Source: Mustelus asterias (taxonomy: Eukaryota). Taken from it: DNA of 64,000 nucleotides. The notes under the pieces were generated by a model. It saw only the letters and a list, made by a program, of their open reading frames with translations, was not told where the DNA came from and did no database searches. A program made the position numbers and the translations under genes. The stretch spans positions 744,001 to 808,000 of the forward strand of contig NW_027590128.1 in the NCBI RefSeq assembly GCF_964213995.1, written 5' to 3'. The stretch's first letter is position 1. Each line of letters opens with the position of its first letter. Positions 45,262 through 59,024 of the stretch are shown one piece after another.

Positions 45262-46680
45262 TCCATGCTGTTTAAGAAGGGGAACAGAGACTTCCCCGGG
45301 AATTATAGACCGGTGAGTCTCACTTCTGTTGTCGGCAAGATGTTGGAAAAAATTATAAGGGATAGGATTTATAGTTATTTGGAGAGTAATGAATTGATAG
45401 GTGATAGTCAGCATGGTTTTGTGGCAGGTAGGTCGTGCCTTACTAACCTTATTGAGTTTTTTGAGAAAGTGACCAAGGAGGTGGATGGGGGCAAGGCAGT
45501 GGACGTGGTATATATGGATTTTAGTAAGGCGTTTGATAAGGTTCACCATGGTAGGCTTCTGCAGAAAATGCAGATGTATGGGATTGGGGGTGATCTAGGA
45601 AATTGGATCAGGAATTGGCTAGCGGATAGGAAACAGAGGGTGGTGGTTGATAGTAAATATTCATCATGGAGTGCGGTTACAAGTGGTGTACCTCAGGGAT
45701 CTGTTTTGGGGCCACTGCTGTTTGTAATATTTATTAATGATCTGGATGAGGGTATAGTTGGGTGGATTAGCAAATTTGCTGATGACACCAAAGTCGGTGG
45801 TGTGGTAGACAGTGAGGAAGGGTGTCGTAGTTTGCAGGAAGACTTAGACAGGTTGCAAAGTTGGGCCGAGAGGTGGCGGATGGAGTTTAATGCGGAGAAG
45901 TGTGAGGTAATTCACTTTGGTAGGAATAACAGATGTGTTGAGTATAGGGCTAACGGGAGGACTTTGAATAGTGTGGAGGAGCAGAGGGATCTAGGTGTAT
46001 GTGTGCATAGATCCCTGAAAGTTGGGAATCAAGTAGATAAGGTTGTTAAGAAGGCATATGGTGTCTTGGCGTTTATTGGTAGGGGGATTGAATTTAGGAG
46101 TCGTAGCGTTATGTTGCAACTGTACACAACTCTGGTGCGGCCGCACTTGGAGTACTGTGTGCAGTTCTGGTCCCCACATTACAGGAAGGATGTGGAGGCT
46201 TTGGAGAGGGTGCAGAGGAGGTTTACCAGGATGTTGCCTGGTATGGAGGGGAGATCCTATGAGGAGAGGCTGAGGGATTTGGGATTGTTTTCGCTGGAAA
46301 GGCGGCGGCTAAGAGGGGATCTTATTGAAACATATAAGATGATTAGAGGTTTAGATAGGGTGGATAGTGATAGCCTTTTTCCTCTGATGGAGAAATCCAG
46401 CACGAGGGGGCATGGCTTTAAATTGAGGGGGGGTAGTTATAGAACCGATGTCAGGGGTAGGTTCTTTACCCAGAGGGTGGTGAGGGATTGGAATGCCCTG
46501 CCAGCATCAGTAGTAAATGCGCCTAGTTTGGGGGCGTTTAAGAGATCCGTAGATAGGTTCATGGACGAAAAGAAATTGGTTTAGGTTGGAGGGTCACAGT
46601 TTTTTTTTTTAACTGGTCGGTGCAACATCGTGGGCCGAAGGGCCTGTTCTGCGCTGTAATGTTCTATGTTCTATGTTCTA
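45262..46680 (+). mobile_element. Young 5'-truncated CR1 with open RT frame
   Basis: 444-aa uninterrupted ORF with all RT motifs; (ttctatg)n tail. Confidence 0.95.
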
Positions 46681-47296
46681 AACCTCTGTGACTCTATCCT
46701 GCCCAGCCGGGCTCTCTTTAAGATCGATCCAATTAATTCCACAGCCCTGCTGGCAGAGTCAGAACAATGTATATTTACTGCAGCAATGCAGGAGGTAAAT
46801 AGAGAATGTTTTTAGTTGTATATTTCTCAGACACACTCACCCCTGGAAAGATCAATCGGCCGGTGTACCAAGCAAATATTAAGGTTCCACTTAAAATTAA
46901 AACAGAAGGTGCAGAAAAAAAGCAGCAGTTACCAGGGCCGAGTTTATGGTCAAAATGATGGTGCTGAGCTGCCTTTAGAAAATAACCAGCAATCCAACAA
47001 GTCACTCACAATATTGAATCAAACAAAATTGATCAAAGATTCAGATAAAGTATTCTGTTTTCCAACATGATGCTGTGATATTTTGTGATGGTTTTAATGT
47101 TCTCACAATTACCTGGTGTAGTCCTGGTTTATTTTATACTCACTCCCACCCATCGCTGTCCATGAAGCACATTACCCCCACTCTGATTCTCCATCCCATC
47201 AGAGACAACTCAGTCACTGACTGGAAATTAGGGCTTTTAATGACAGCTCTAACAGCCTGGAATGCACCGTGAGGCAGAATCAACCCGAGCTAACAA

Positions 47297-49620
47297 ACCC
47301 CAGACAGTGAACATTATCCCCCCCCAGACCCGAATATAAAACAGTGAACATTATCCCCCAGACCCGAATATAAAACAGTGAACATTATCCCTCAGACCCG
47401 AATATAAAACAGTGAACATTATCCCCCCCAGACCCGAATATAAAACAGTGAACATTATCCCCCCCAGACTCGAATATAAAACAGTGAACATTATACCGCC
47501 CAGACCCAAATATAAAACAGTGAACATTATCCCCCAGACCCGAATATAAAACAGTGAACATTATCCCCCCCAGACCCGAATATACAACAGTGAACATTAT
47601 CCCCCCCAGACCCGAATATAAAACAGTGAACATTATCCCCCCTAGACCCGAATATAAAACAGTGAACATTATCCCCCCCCAGACCCGAATATAAAACAGT
47701 GAACATTATCCCCCCTAGACCCGAATATAAAACAGTGAACATTATTCCCCCCAGACCCGAATATAAAACAGTGAACATTATCCCCCTCAGACCCGAATAT
47801 AAAACAGTGAACATTATCCCCCCCCAGACCCGAATATAAAACAGTGAACATTATCCCCCCTAGACCCGAATATAAAACAGTGAACATTATCCCCCCCAGA
47901 CCCGAATATAAAACAGTGAACATTATCCCCCTCAGACCCGAATATAAAACAGTGAACATTATCCCCCCCAGACCCGAATATAAAACAGTGAACATTATCC
48001 CCCCTAGACCCGAATATAAAACAGTGAACATTATCCCCCCCCAGACCCGAATATAAAACAGTGAACATTATCCCCCCCCAGACCCGAATATAAAACAGTG
48101 AACATTATCCCCCCCAGACCTGAATATAAAACAGTGAACATTATCCCCCCCAGACCCGAATATAAAACAGTGAACATTATCCCCCCCAGACCCGAATATA
48201 AAACAGTGAACATTATCCCCCCCAGACCCGAATATAAAACAGTGAACATTATCCCCCAGACCCGAATATAAAACAGTGAACATTATCCCCCAGACCCGAA
48301 TATAAAACAGTGAACATTATCCCCCCCCAGACCCGAATATAAAACAGTGAACATTATCCCCCCCAGACCCGAATATACAACAGTGAACATTATCCCCCCC
48401 CAGACCCGAATATAAAACAGTGAACATTATCCCCCAGACCCGAATATAAAACAGTGAACATTATCCCCCCAGACCCGAATATAAAACAGTGAACATTATC
48501 CCCCCCCCCAGACCCGAATATAAAACAGTGAACATTATCCCCCCCCAGACCCGAATATAAAACAGTGAACATTATCCCCCCTAGACCCGAATATAAAACA
48601 GTGAACATTATCCCCCCCAGACCCGAATATAAAACAGTGAACATTATCCCCCCCAGACCCGAATATAAAACAGTGAACATTATCCCCCCCAGACCCGAAT
48701 ATAAAACAGTGAACATTATCCCCCCCAGACCCGAATATAAAACAGTGAACATTATCCCCCCCAGACCCGAATATAAAACAGTGAACATTATCCCCCAGAC
48801 CCGAATATAAAACAGTGAACATTATCCCCCAGACCCGAATATAAAACAGTGAACATTATCCCCCCCCAGACCCGAATATAAAACAGTGAACATTATCCCC
48901 CAGACCCGAATATAAAACAGTGAACATTATCCCCCAGACCCGAATATAAAACAGTGAACATTATCCCCCCCAGACCCGAATATAAAACAGTGAACATTAT
49001 CCCCCCCAGACCCGAATATAAAACAGTGAACATTATCCCCCCCAGACCCGAATATAAAACAGTGAACATTATCCCCCCCCAGACCCGAATATAAAACAGT
49101 GAACATTATCCCCCAGACCCGAATATAAAACAGTGAACATTATCCCCCAGACCCGAATATAAAACAGTGAACATTATCCCCCAGACCCGAATATAAAACA
49201 GTGAACATTATCTCCCAGACCCGAATATAAAATAGTGAACATTATCTCCCAGACCCGAATAAAGAACAGTGAACATTATCCCCCCCAGACCCGAATATAA
49301 AAGTGAACATTATCTCCCAGACCCGAATATAAAACAGTGAACATTATCCCCCAGACCTGAATATAAAACAGTGAACATTATCTCCCAGACCCGAATATAA
49401 AATAGTGAACATTATCTCCCAGACCCGAATATAAAACAGTGAACATTATCCCCCAGACCCGAATATAAAAGTGAACATTATCTCCCAGACCCGAATATAA
49501 AACAGTGAACATTATCCCCCAGACCTGAATATAAAACAGTGAACATTATCTCCCAGACCCGAATATAAAACAGTGAACATTATCCCCCCCAGATTTGAAT
49601 ATAAAATGGTGAACATTACA
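47297..49620. repeat. ~36-bp satellite, roughly 60-65 copies
   Basis: Unit acagtgaacattat(c)nagacccgaatataaa with a variable C-run. Confidence 0.97.
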
Positions 49621-49821
49621 GTGCCGGCTCGCCCAGTAAATGGCTGACAGAATAAAACAGCATGTTCCTTGATTTGTTCATAATAGGTAGTGATTTTCTT
49701 TTCAGCAGCCCACACTCACAAAACCAAAAATACAATGTTTACTGTGATTACAGATTGGGCAGCACTTGCTGAACAATCCTGAGTGTGCTAATAGCTACAC
49801 TCAATCAATTGAAGATAATCA

Positions 49822-51465
49822 ACAAGAACAAAACAGCACAGGAACAGGCCCTTCGGCCCTCCAAGCCCGCGCCGCTCCCCAGTCCAGGATTGAATCCTGA
49901 ATCCAGGATCCCCGCCCAATTTTCCAGCCTATCTACATCCTAATATCCTATCCACCGAGCTGTCCCTCACAGCTACGATGCTTTGTTCATCACAACCTAT
50001 TAACTCACCCCCACACCCCCATTCCAGACCATGTGATCTCCAGGGAGAGGCGAAAACCCAAAGTGAAAACCCCAGGGCCAATATGGGAAAAACAAATCTG
50101 GGAAATTCCTCTCCGACCCCCTGAGGCGATCGAAACGAGTCCAGGAGATCACACTGGCCCTGATCGGAAAATGCTTCCCAACCCTATTCATTTCCACTTC
50201 CACGAACACCATATGAATTCCCTGCCCCCGAGACAGGTTCCCAACTATCCGCAGTCTCGCTCTGTACTGGCACCAGCAAGATGATCATAGAATGAAGCCT
50301 TGAAACGAGAAACAAAGAACAATTAGCCCGCGCCGCTCCCTGGTCCAAACTAGACCACTCTTTTGTATCCCTCCATTCCCACTCCGTTCATATAGCTGTC
50401 TAGATAAGTCTTAAACGTTCCCAGTGTGTCCGCCTCCACCACCTTGCCCGGCAACACATTCCAGGCTCCCACGACCCTCTGTGTAAAATATGCCCTTCTG
50501 ATATCTGTGTTAAACCTCCCCCCCTTCACCTTGAACCTATGACCCCTCGTGAACGTCACCACCGACCCGGGGAAAAGCTTCCCACCGTTCACCCTATCTA
50601 TGCCTTTCATAATTTTATACACCTCTATTAAGTCTCCCCTCATCCTCCGTCTTTCCAAGGAGAACAACCCCAGTTTCCCCAATCTCTCCTCATAACTAAG
50701 CCCCTCCATACCAGGCAACATCCTGGTAAACCTCCTCTGTACTCTCTCCAAAGCCTCCACGTCCTTCTGGTAGTGTGGCGACCAGAACTGGACGCAGTAT
50801 TCCAAATGCGGCCGAACCAACGTTCTATACATCTGCAACATCAGACCCCAACTTTTATACTCTATGCCCCGTCCTATAAAGGCAAGCATGCCATATGCCT
50901 TCTTCACCACCTTCTCCACCTGTGACGTCACCTTCAAAGATCTGTGGACTTGCACACCCAGGTCCCTCTGCGTCTCTCCACCCTTTATGGTTCTTCCATT
51001 TATCGTGTCGCTCCTCCCTACATTATTCCCACCAAAATGCATCACTTCGCATTTATCAGGATTGAACTCCATCTGCCATTTCCTTGCCCAAATTTCCAGC
51101 CTATCTATATCCTTCTGTAGCCTCTACAACAATGTTCCTCACTATCTGCAAGTCCTGCCAGTTTTGTGTCGTCCGCAAACTTACTGATCACCCCAGTTAC
51201 TCCTTCTTCCAGATCATTTATATAAATCACAAACAGCAGAGGTCCCAATACAGAGCCCTGCAGAACACCACTAGTCACAGGCCTCCAGCCGGAAAAAGAC
51301 CCTTCCACTACCACCCTCTGTCTTCTATGACAAGCCAGTTCTCCACCCATCTAGCCACCTCCCCCTTTATCCCATGAGATCCAACCTTTTTCACTAGCCT
51401 ACCATGAGGGACTTTGTCAAACGCTTTACTAAAGTCCATATAGACAACATCCACGGCCCTTCCTT
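49822..51465 (-). mobile_element. CR1 with extended 3'UTR
   Basis: RT ORFs 50350-51350; ~450-bp extra 3' segment between two copies of gcccgcgccgctccc. Confidence 0.85.
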
Positions 51466-51772
51466 CGTCAGTCGAGTTCATAATACGGCTCAGTTACATT
51501 TGCGAGAAGTGACATACATATATATATGCAGCGATCCTTTCCCTGCAAACAAAAGCCTTGTACCTTTTTTGAATTTCCCAGAAGCTTGAGAAACCAACAA
51601 TCTCCTCTTGGTTTCTCCATGGCAAAGCTTCAAGTCAATGAGAGTCCACCAATTAGCACCCTTTTCTCCTGTAGTATAAATTGCAATCATTTAAAATTTG
51701 GCATTCTTCCGTTTGTCCTGATGAGTGCATGCTGAAAAGATTCAGCAACATGTCTCTCTTTTCAGCAATATT
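51466..51772 (+). mobile_element. Old Penelope fragment (GIY-YIG C-terminus, degenerate hammerhead)
   Basis: SRVHNTAQLHLREVTYI...CKQK; gtc-CTGATGA...GAAA at 51718-51737. Confidence 0.5.
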
Positions 51773-52151
51773 CAAGTTCAGTACCAACAAGTATCTGTGC
51801 ATTGTTTTATGTTCCTTGACAATTTAATGTGATCGTGGAAGTGTCACTGTGAAGAATGTGTAAGTCAGTAAGAATTGTCAGCATTTTCTCATTGGAAATC
51901 TTAATCAGTGGAATCTTTCAGACACTGAATTGTAGTTTGTACCAAACGTCAATTTCAGATTGAAGGAAAATGTATTATAAACAAGTTCCTGTAAAGAGTT
52001 CCTGAATAAAACAAACAAAAAAATCACAGATAGTACGTTTAAAAGGGGACACAACAGCCCTGAAAATCAGTGACATCTCAGAATATTAAAGCAGAATTCC
52101 AATTGTAGGGATTGTTAATGTCAGCAGGAACAAACCAATATTGTCAGAATT

Positions 52152-53050
52152 TCAATCCTGAATGTGATTAACAGCTGCAGTAACTACAAAATCTAACTCC
52201 TGCTGACAATTGTGAACTTGCAGATGTGTCAGCAAGTGGGATGACCGAGTGTATCCCTTCCCACACACAGAGCAAGTGAATGGCCTCTCCTCAGTGTGGG
52301 TGAGCTCGTGTAAATGCAGGCTGCCAGACTGAGTGAATCCCTTCCCACACACGGAGCAAGTCAATGGTCTCTCCCCAGTGTGAGTGTGCTGATGTGCAGT
52401 GAGGATTGATAACTGCCTGAAACTCTTTCCACAGTATGTGCAAATAAATGGCTTCTCCTCAGTGTGAATTCGCTGATGTGACAGGAGGCCGGATGAATTG
52501 GTGAATTCCCTCCCACACGTGGAACAGGTGAACGGCCTTTCCCCAGTGTGAACTCGCTTGTGTGCACTGAGGTTGGATGAAGACCTGAACCTCTTTCCAC
52601 AGGAAAGCTGAACGGTCTCTCCTCTGTGTGAACTCGCTGGTGTGACAGCAGGTTAGATGACAGAGTGAATTTCTACCACACACAGAACAGGTGAATGTCT
52701 TCTCCCCTGTGTGAATTCGCTGGTGTGACCAAAGACCGGATGGTCCAGCAAAATCCTTCCCACACAAGGAGCAGGTGAACGATCTCTCCCCAGTGTGAAC
52801 TCGCTGATGTGCACCGAGGTTGGATGAATATGAGAACCCCTTTCCACAGGTGGAGCAGCTGTACGGCCTCTCCTCAGTGTGAATTTGCTGGTGTAAGAGC
52901 AGGTGGGATGAGGTAGTGAATCCTTTCCCACACACGGAGCAGGTGAATGGCCTCTCTCCAGTGTGACTGTGTCTATGGTTTTCCAGCAAGTATGGATAAT
53001 TGAATTCTTTACCACAATCCTCACATTTCCACGGTGCAGGTGACTTTGTG
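52152..53050 (-). pseudogene. Frameshifted C2H2 ZNF pseudogene (about 10 fingers)
   Basis: Finger ORFs lie in several frames; coding tail [19 protein letters not shown]; acceptor at ~53362. Confidence 0.85.
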
Positions 53051-54229
53051 TCTCTCCAGATTGGATGATCAATTGAAGCCTCATCCCATACGGACCACGT
53101 TTATGGTTTCTTCTCACTGTGAATAGTGTGATTTTTTTCAGGCTGTGTAACCGGTTAAAGCTCTTTTCAGTCAGTTCACTGGAACACTCTCACTTGGGGG
53201 TGTGAGTCTCGGGTCTTTTTCTGCCACATTGAATTTTTAAAATTTTCTTCCACTGACAAAACAGGCAATGATTTCTCCCTCCACTGTAAAAAGCAATCAT
53301 ACTGAGGTCACGATGAATCAAATGGTTCTGTAGACCTTGACCTAAAGTTTAGTTTGAGTTCCCTGCAAAAAGAGCTTAAAAAACGAATTCATAACAGACA
53401 ATTCGAGTTTCCATGGAACACTTCTTCATCTCATTTATCTTGAGCTGTAATCCCCATCCCACACACTCTCTCTTGTCCCTGGTCTAAATCAAACTCCTTG
53501 CCCCATCTCCACCATTTCATGTCTCCACTCTGAGACCAGCTCCCTCTGCCTTGTCACTCTGGCTGGATTCAGTTCTCCAGACCATGTGCAGATTGACTGT
53601 ACAACCAAGGAGTCAATTATTTTCTTTTAAGGTCAGGGGACATGAAGTCCCACCGACTCTGTTGTTACCACAATGGCCACACGTCCCCTGCTCACCACTG
53701 AAACAACACGGTGACCGTTAACACGGACCTGTTCCGAGGAAAGGCTCCATTTTATTTGTGCCACAGCACCAGGGGAATTACCTCCTGCACAGGCACAAAG
53801 GTATCATCAGTCACAGGAAGTAATGGCAGCTGGTGTCTCAAACCTCATTTTAACATTTGCTCCCAGACATTCTAAATTACATTTGAAATACAAACTGACT
53901 TCTGGCATTGTGGAGTAAATTAAAACATAATCATTTTCAGAATGACCATTCCCGAGAATCAATTCCCAAATCAGTAATATTAAAATTCTCATCAGAAATA
54001 CATTGGAAAAATGGCTATTTTAATGGACATTTTCACAAACGCTATAAAAATGATTTTTCAAAACAAATTAATATTTTCTTCAACAGATGAATAATAATTT
54101 AATAAAACAACCACCCAGTGTGGGGTTCAGGATTCTAACTCAGGGTTTCTGAGCTCCAGGAACCACTAACTGAACCAGCCGGGAATTGTCTCCACAAAAC
54201 TTCCCCAACTCCCTCCCGGGAAAAAGCTG

Positions 54230-55285
54230 CAAACCCGGGAGCTGCAGCTTTTTACTGGGGGTGTTGGGGCCTCCAGCGGGTGTTTGTGAATCCTCCCCGC
54301 CCACCTCCCAGGGTTTCCTTCCTTCCCAGAGATCAGAGTCCTCATTGATTTGAGGCCAAAGTGTAACCTCTTATTTATTGTCCCCCTCCCCCATCCTCTG
54401 ATGTGAACCATCCTCCAGTGGCTGAGCCAGGATGGGGCCGTTAACCTGGGCCTGTTCCCGGGAGGGAGGGAGAAGCCCCGCAGCTGCAAACCAGGGAGCT
54501 GACAATGATTCTGAAGGGTTTGCGGATCCACAAAGTGTTTCCAAATCCTCCCAGCCACCGCCTAACGCTGACTCCGCTTCTCCGGGACAAACAAGCGCCA
54601 AGGACAGCAATGACACTGCGCATGCTCCACATCACAATGCCCGGGAGCTGATTGACGGCAGCTCCGGACCAATAGGAGGGGGGGCCGGGACTGGAGGACC
54701 GAGCGGGAGCGGCTGGTCCTCCAACCAATCAGACTGATTGGGGGGGGGGGGGAGGGGGCTGAACCTGGCGCTCCCTCTGTCTGCGCGTGCGCTCGGCCGC
54801 ACACTGTCAAGATGACGGTCGTTCACCCGGGCCTGAATCGGGGGAAAAGCCCGAACAACTTTTCAACGGTTCAAATATCGAACCCGAGCTTCCCATTGGG
54901 GGCTTGCGGCCTACACGGGACTTTTATGAAGCCTCCAAGTCCGCCCACCCACCGGCTCCATCACTCATTCCTGATTTACCCGGTGTTATCGCCCGGACTG
55001 AATATTTCTGCAACCGCCTCAATCCCCAGTGATCGGCACTGCGCATGCTCCAGATTACCACAGTGCAACTCGCCCTCAGCCGCGCCCCTCATTCACTCCG
55101 ATTGGTTGGAGGACCAGCCGCTCTCGCTCGGTCCTCCAGCCCCGCCCCTCATTCACTCCGATTGGTTGGAGGACCAGCCGCTCTCGCTCGGTCCTCCAGC
55201 CCCGCCCCCTCATTCACTCCGATTGGTTGGAGGACCAGCGGCTCTCGCTCGGTCCTCCAGCCCCGCCCCCTCATTCATTCTGAAT
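54230..55285 (-). promoter_or_regulatory. Two tandem ZNF promoter modules, including a triplicated 60-bp unit
   Basis: 54230-54730 is an inverted near-copy of 8740-9225. NRF1-like sites at ~54615 and ~55039, donor ccg|gtgggt at ~54951, 60-bp unit x3 at 55083-55278. Confidence 0.65.
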
Positions 55286-55319
55286 GTTTTGTCTTCTCCC
55301 AAAACCCAAGGCCATCTTT

Positions 55320-56020
55320 CCCAGAACTACATTTTTGAATTCTCCAATCAGGTTTCTGCCTTGTCACATTACTGAAACAGCTCTTATCAAAGTCCGCACT
55401 GACATCCTATGTGATTGCAACAAAAATGAACTTTCCCTTTTTATCCTCGACCTATTTGCAGCCTTTGGCAAGGTCGCCCACATCATTCTGCTCCATCCCT
55501 CTCCACTGTCGTCCAGCTGGGTGGGGCTACTCTCTCCTGGTTCTACATGGACGGCACGGTGGCACAGTGGTTAGCACTGCCGCCTCAAGCACCAGGGACT
55601 CGGGTTCGATTCTGGGTCACTGTCTGTGCAGAGTCGGCACATTCTTGTCTGTGTGGGTTTCCTCCGGATGTTCTGGTTTCCTCCACAGTCCAAAAGATGT
55701 ACTGGTTAGCATTGACCATGCCAAATTCTCCCTCAGTGTACCCAAACAGGCGCAGGAATGTGGCGACTGGGGGATTTTCATAGTAACTTCATCGCAATGT
55801 TAATGTAAGCCTACTTGTGAAACTAATAAAGAAATATTAAACTTTAAACCTATTCTTCTCTCTTCAATCAGAGTCAGAGAATCACTTATAATATCTTCCC
55901 TTCCCATTCCCACACTTACCTCTGGTGTCTCCAGAGGCTTGGCCTCTCATTTCTTATCAACATATTCCCATCAGTGACATCATCTGAAAACAGTGTCAGT
56001 TTTCACATTTACTCTGTTAA
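55320..56020 (+). mobile_element. L2 LINE RT fragment interrupted by an HE1/V SINE (55551-55830)
   Basis: HITETALIKVRTDILCD...SLFILDLFAAF; SINE head ggcacggtggcacagtggttagcact. Confidence 0.7.
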
Positions 56021-56368
56021 AGAGACAATATAAATGTAGAGTGTTGTTATTGTCTGACAGTGATAGATCAGGAATATCACAAACATTTTAAATGTTCATT
56101 CCACATTTCTATTTATTTTCAGAGTCTCAGTCTGGAACAGATCCCAATTTAACACCAATCTCTGACTTGACATCACATTTCCAATATTCACCATTGTTCT
56201 TCCTGACTCTAAACCCAGTTGTAAAGGAGTTTCTGTTCTGCCTCCAGGACCACTGAACCATGGAAGAGCGTGGCTGGGACACATTTCTTACACACCTCAG
56301 GTTACACAGCCACATGTTCAGTCCTGGATGTCTCTAAAAGCAGCAATGACAAACTCCAAATCCTACAA

Positions 56369-57040
56369 TCATTTGTGAACTTGCTGGTGTCTCAGAAGGT
56401 CGGATAACTGAATGAATCCCTTCCCACACTCAGAGCAGGTGAATGGCCTCTCTTCAGTATGAACTCGTTGGTGTCTCTGAAGAGTAGATGACTGAGCAAA
56501 GCTGTTCCGACACACAGAACAGGTGAATGGCCTCTCCCCAGTGTGAACTCGTTGGTGTACCAGAAGGTCGGACAACTGACTGAATCCCTTCCCATACTCA
56601 GAGCAGGTAAATGGCCTCTCCCCAGTGTGAACTCGCTGATGTCTCAGAAGTTGGGATGACTGAATGAATCCTTTACCACATACAGAGCAGAGGAATGGTC
56701 TCTCCCCAGTGTGAACTTGCTGATGTGTCAGAAGGTGGGATGACCGATTGAATCTCTTCCCACACACAGAGCAGAGGAACGGCCTCTCCCCAGTGTGAAC
56801 AAGCTGATGTGCTACCAGATGCTTCTTGCTTTTAAACGTCTTCACACAATCAGAGCATTTAAAAGGTCTCTGATCACTGTGTACAAGTTGATGGTCAGTG
56901 AGGTGGGATGACTGAGTGAATCGCTTCCCACAGACAGAGCAGGTGAATGGTGGCTCATCAGTGTGACAATGATAACGTTTTCTCAGCTTTGGGTAATTGA
57001 AGCCCTTCCCACAGTCCCCACATTTCCACAGTTTCTCCAT
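56369..57040 (-). CDS. C2H2 zinc-finger protein, 8 finger units (6 canonical)
   Basis: Starts MEKLWKC. Finger 1 is shortened and finger 6 has C>Y. Acceptor at 57380, first-exon donor at 58210. Confidence 0.75.
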   Translation of the reverse strand: MEKLWKCGDCGKGFNYPKLRKRYHCHTDEPPFTCSVCGKRFTQSSHLTDHQLVHSDQRPFKCSDCVKTFKSKKHLVAHQLVHTGERPFLCSVCGKRFNRSSHLLTHQQVHTGERPFLCSVCGKGFIQSSQLLRHQRVHTGERPFTCSEYGKGFSQLSDLLVHQRVHTGERPFTCSVCRNSFAQSSTLQRHQRVHTEERPFTCSECGKGFIQLSDLLRHQQVHK

Positions 57041-58029
57041 GATGCCAGTGTCCTTGTGACTCTCCAGATTGGACAATCAGTTGAAACCTTGTCCAAACTG
57101 TACAGTTTCTCCTTGCTGTGAATGCTGTGATGTTTTATCAGGCTGTATAACTGGTTAAAGCTCTTTCCACAGTCAGTTCACTGGAACACTCTCACTCAGT
57201 GCTTTTCCAGTCAATTGTTTCAAAACTTCCAGTTTGAAATCCTCAGACAGAACAAAGAAACATTTCTCATTCCACATTCAAAGGTCCACAATATTCAAGT
57301 GCTGATGAATCAAGTGAGTAGATGTTGGATGTCATGTTTGGTTTGATGTTCTTGTTTGGAATTCCTCCCTTTCTCATAGCCTGTAAGAGGAGTTTATAAA
57401 ATTAATCCTCGGAAGTACAGGACAGAAATTCTGAATAGACAATTCTGATTCTGTGGAACATCTTTTCCTCACTTGTTCACTTATGGGCTGAAGGATCTCT
57501 TTCTGTGCTGTGTGACTCTATGACAGCAAGTCCAGTTAGCCCCAAGACCTCAGTGCCTGCTCACCCACATTGATTCCCAGTCACAACAAAAGCAGAAAAT
57601 GCTGGAAACTCTCAGCAGGTCTAACAGCATCTGTGGACAGAGAATAGAGCCAACTTTTCGAGTCAGGATGACCCTCCGTCAGATTTCAGCATCTGCAGTA
57701 CTTTGCCATGATTTCCAGTCAAGCGGAATCTTGATTTTGAAATTATCATTCTTATTTTCAAATACCAGACGCATTGATAGCTGAAATCATTTCCCACAGA
57801 CAGAACAGCTTCTTTACACATTCAAAGGTCAATGATCTTGATGAATCGACTGAATCTAGATGCAATGTTTTGAATTGTGAATTCTCTCTTTTGCGTATCC
57901 TGTAAATGCATTACTGTCAGCCCAGGGTAGCAATCCACCATTTTCGGTTTTTATTTCAGATTTCTAGCACCCTCAGTATTTTGCTTTTAACATAGAAATG
58001 CATAAAGTTCTCTCCTGCTACTGGTATTG

Positions 58030-58365
58030 CCCCCTATAAAGATGGCAGCGTCCTTACCGGAACATTGCCCCTTATAAAGATGGAGATCGGCGAGCCAGGC
58101 CCCACACCGAGAGAACTACCGAACAATCCTCTCGGTCCAAATGGGGGACCGTTAGATTTTACTCGAACTTTGCGAGCTGAGTCCGGTGTTAATGAAATCT
58201 CTCCACCCACCGGCTCCGTTCCCCATCCACACTCGGTGTTTTATTTCACCCGTTGCAAAAGCCACACGAGCTCCTCACGCTTCCGTCAAGCTGCAGCACC
58301 TGCATCGCGCATGCTCCAATCACAGCCCGACAGTGCGCATGCGCGGCAGCTCCCGCAGTGAATGC
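58030..58365 (-). promoter_or_regulatory. Promoter and first exon of the 56369-57040 gene
   Basis: tgcgcatgcgc at ~58334, cgcatgc at ~58307, YY1-like aagatgg x2 and donor ccg|gtgggt. Confidence 0.55.
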
Positions 58366-58489
58366 TGGGCAATGGCTCTGCCATTGGATTGTCCCTTTGT
58401 GGACACAGATTGGAACAACAGGGACAAGACCATTCATCAGCAATTCACACACTGGTCATGTCTGCCATGTCCTTGGTTATTGGTCGCAT

Positions 58490-58760
58490 GTGGTCAGCAC
58501 TGCTGCCTCACAGCGCCAGGGACCTGGGTTCAATTCCAGCCTCAGTTTACTGTGTGGAGTTTGCACAATCTCCCTGTGTCTGCGTGGGTTTCTTCCCACA
58601 GTTGAGAGATGTGCAGGTTAGGTGGATTGGCCATGGTAAATTGCCCCTTTTGTGTCAGGGCATGAGGTTATTGGGATAGGGCCTGGGTGGGATTGTTGTC
58701 GGTGCAGGCTTGATGGGCTGAATGGCCTCCTTCTGCACTGTAGGGATTTTATGATTCTGT
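58490..58760 (+). mobile_element. HE1/V-type SINE
   Basis: SINE body plus CR1-like tail. Confidence 0.8.
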
Positions 58761-59024
58761 GTGTCAAATTTAGTGCTCTGAACATTGTATAATTAAAAAG
58801 TAAGCATGCAACCTATTTTGCCAACAGAAATCGAATACAATGTTGGTAAATGTGAGGTCATCCATTTTGGTAGGAATAACAGCAAAATGGACTATTATTG
58901 AAATGGTAAAGAATTGCAGCATTCTGCTGTGCAGAGGAACCTGGATGTCCTTGTGCATGAATCACAAAAAGTTGCATTGTCAGAGCCACAGGATGATAGT
59001 CATTAAGGCACGCTGCCTAGCTTT

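Noticed and set aside
47297-49620. CRISPR-like 36-bp periodicity and MFTVLYSGLGG ORFs
   Set aside because: Head-to-tail repeats with no unique spacers, no cas genes and a eukaryotic context.
50120-50142. Hammerhead-like ctgaggcgatcgaaacgagtc
   Set aside because: The core is not CUGANGA and helix II is too short.
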